A DNA stretch of 63,636 nt, filler included, from Rhabdomonas costata (taxonomy: Eukaryota): NCBI GenBank assembly GCA_019059605.1. It is 28 parts of 28 records of this genome, joined end to end, with 100 filler letters (N's around TTAATTAATTAA, not from the genome) between each part and the next. Parts side by side here need not be neighbours in the genome. Positions count along the whole stretch, not along the records: positions 59,193 to 61,364 come from JAHMHO010005088.1; positions 61,465 to 63,636 come from JAHMHO010005089.1; 26 more parts are not named here. One strand, 5' to 3'. The translations under genes were made by a program, and so were the position numbers. The notes beneath the pieces were generated by a model. It did no database searches and was not told the origin of the DNA. It saw only the letters and a program-made list of their open reading frames with translations. Shown here piece by piece: positions 61,184 through 63,636 of the stretch (its first letter is position 1; each line of letters begins with the position of its first letter).

Positions 61184-62534
61184 CTGAAGTGCCCCGCCCA
61201 TTCCCAAGTTGGAGCATTGGGAAGAAAACGAAGGGATGAAAATCACTGATTTCAGAGGCTGAGCGTCTTTGTGTGCGAGCAAACAGCCAAAAGTTCACGA
61301 TTCATTGTGGGGTTTTTCTAGCCCTTTATAGTCTGACGTGGAATTTTTGGCTGTTTGCTCGCACNNNNNNNNNNNNNNNNNNNNNNNNNNNNNNNNNNNN
61401 NNNNNNNNTTAATTAATTAANNNNNNNNNNNNNNNNNNNNNNNNNNNNNNNNNNNNNNNNNNNNGCGTTGTCCGTGGGAAAGCCAGACCAGAACAAATTT
61501 AAGGGATGGCAAAGGAGAAGAGGTCCCAGGCGCTGGAGCGCCATTTTATCCGCAGGTCACAGTCGTCAGTCACAATCGTATTCAGCGGACTAGCTGTGCA
61601 CCTGATGCATGGCTGACGGCCCTCTGCACTTCCACACAGCCAGCATCCTCTGGATACTTCTCAAACACAAAACAAAACCACGGGGGGGGGGCACGCATTT
61701 GCAATAAAGGGCACCGTATCCCTCCTTCACACAAAGGGTCAAGTGGGCTGGAACTCGCTCCCCTGCCGTACGCGTGCGAGAACAGAGGAGCATCAAAAAA
61801 CCTCGGAGCGCAAGCCGCGTGGAGCATGGCACTGGGGACCCCGCTTCAGCTTCTGCAAAAGCAACCACCCCCCTCCCCTCAGACCCATCCAGAAGCAAAC
61901 GCAAGCGGAAAAGCCACCTAGCGCCAACACACCGCGGAGGCTCTGTGACATCTATTTCATTCGCTCTCAACAGTCACTAATTTAACTCTTTTGTTAACGT
62001 TTGTCTTGCAAAGCACGTTTTTCCACAGCCCAAGCGTCTGTCATTGCTGCGCACATGAATTTTGTCTTATGGGGGGCAACTGACTATCACAAAGCCTATT
62101 CTGCCAGACTCCCCTGCAGACCAGCACGGGCGCTGTTGGCCAAAGGTGATCCCTTTGGAGCGAACGGTGCCGTTGGGACCGGCTCAACGCCAGACCTTCT
62201 ACATATGGTCACCTTCCTTGTGCCCCACGGGTCCTGGGCCTCTGTCGCAGCTGCTCTTTTCTGTGTTTGTGGTTTGTGTGTTGGGCGCGTTGCGCGCTGG
62301 CTGTTGCCTGGTTGACTGGTTTTATGTTTGATGGTGACCACTGTGGACTGTCGGGCGCACGCGCTGTTGTGCTTTGTGTGTTTGTGTGTGTGTGACTTTT
62401 CATTGAGTGTGGTCTTCCTTGTTCTCTTCCCCTTTCGCTGTCCTAGCAGCACCACACCCATTCACCTCTTTCCCGCCTGTGGGAAGGGAGAAGGGACTCG
62501 GAATTGAGGGAGGCATGGAGAACAGGGCTTGTGC

Positions 62535-63593
62535 CTTGTTCCAGCGTTGGCAGGCCGTCTGGACGTCAGGGTGCATGCACGTCGCATGAGCCGCGTGAGT
62601 GTCGGTGCGGAGCGGCAGCAGGTGGGCCTCCGTGGTGAGGATGTAGTCCCCTCGGGTGGGCGGAGGGTGGTCCTCGGGGTCGAACAGCAGGTACAGGTAC
62701 TTCAGGGTTTCGCTCAGGAAGAAACTCTCCATCCGGTCCTCCAGCAACCCTGAAAGTGCAGCCGCGGGCAAGTAGTGGGGAGGGAAGAAAGCAAAATTTC
62801 TCCAGAAGGAAGGGCAACACAAGTATGGAAAAAAGACAAAGCGTCTCAGGCTTCTTCAGTAATGATGAAAATGGTGCTTGATACTCTTCATGCAGCTCAT
62901 GATTCCTTTTGCACCCAGCACGCGGAGGTCGCTCCATTTGTTCTCATTCTTGCTTCGCCAACTTGCCACTTGGCTGTTCGCCATAGCTCCTGGGGGGTGC
63001 TGCTGCGGTTCGGGACTGTGTGTGGCTCCCCGTTCACGGGTTTCTCTGAATCCTTCCACGCAGCGTGATCTGTGTGCCTTTTATCTACGCCCCCCCCCCG
63101 TTCCCAGGTCCCCAGGATGGTCCACCTAGCTTTCACCTCCGGTTCTGGAAGGCGTGCAGATCGTCCGGGCTCTCCCAAGAATGGGGGGGGGGGGGACTTT
63201 ACCGGAGTCGAGGCTTGAATCTCACGCGTTAAGGCTGGGTGAAGTCATCCAAGTGACCCCTGGACCGGAGCCGGAGACCCAACGTGGACCTCAAACCGGA
63301 GCAAAAGTGACCGGGTTGGAGCTCGTATTTGGTGGTGTGGTTGTACTGCTGAAATGAGTTGGTTGGCCGCTTCCTGGCCTCTGACTCCTCTACGCCAGGA
63401 TATGACCCCTTCAAGGGCCCATTTTGGCCATTTGAATACAGCCCAATATCAGCCAAGTTCTTGAGAGGGAGAGGGAGGGAAAGCGGGCCACCTGACTCTA
63501 CGTTAAGCACAGCAGCGAAGCCGCAGCGGACACGGGTGACCTTGTTCAGCTGCAGCAGAACCGCCTCGCCCACCCGAAGGTACTGGTGGTCCC
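62535..63593 (-). CDS. Glycoside hydrolase family 47, EDEM-like alpha-1,2-mannosidase; exons 63593-63492 and 62749-~62535
   Basis: [58 protein letters not shown]...[11 protein letters not shown] contains the GH47 C-terminal signature. Confidence 0.93.
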
Positions 63594-63636
63594 CTGGCAA
63601 CCGAAACAAATGTGCAAGCCTCTCACCCCCCCCACC

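Overview
This window is not a contiguous locus. It is a pseudo-scaffold of 28 unrelated contigs of about 2.17-2.21 kb, joined by 27 artificial 100-nt spacers (44 N + TTAATTAATTAA + 44 N), so nothing across a spacer is a gene neighbourhood. Contig 1 (1-2176) is bacterial: a Burkholderiaceae-type 23S rRNA 5' part, ITS and two tRNAs, with patches of enterobacterial-type sequence, including a tRNA with an Ala acceptor stem and a Val anticodon. The other 27 contigs look like nuclear DNA of an intron-rich microbial eukaryote (a euglenid is my best guess, by inference only). G/T-only contig starts and fold-back ends suggest whole-genome amplification. Spliced gene fragments could be rebuilt by hand: FolD, a FEN1-like nuclease, PP2A B55, a histidine kinase, a PstS-fold protein, UDP-glucuronate decarboxylase, TANGO2, an O-fucosyltransferase-like protein, a 5'-nucleotidase, DUF229, LRR and WD40 proteins, an ABCG transporter and a GH47/EDEM mannosidase. 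There are also Merlin and Ty3/gypsy remnants and at least three short dispersed repeat families. I found no demonstrable new multi-gene system. The best leads are a GA-AG intron alongside GC-AG introns, intron-split bacterial-type genes (FolD, PstS-fold), a terminally redundant 2065-bp contig, a zinc-finger plus ART-like exon, and the Ala/Val hybrid tRNA (probably an artefact). All family assignments come from recalled motifs, not database searches.
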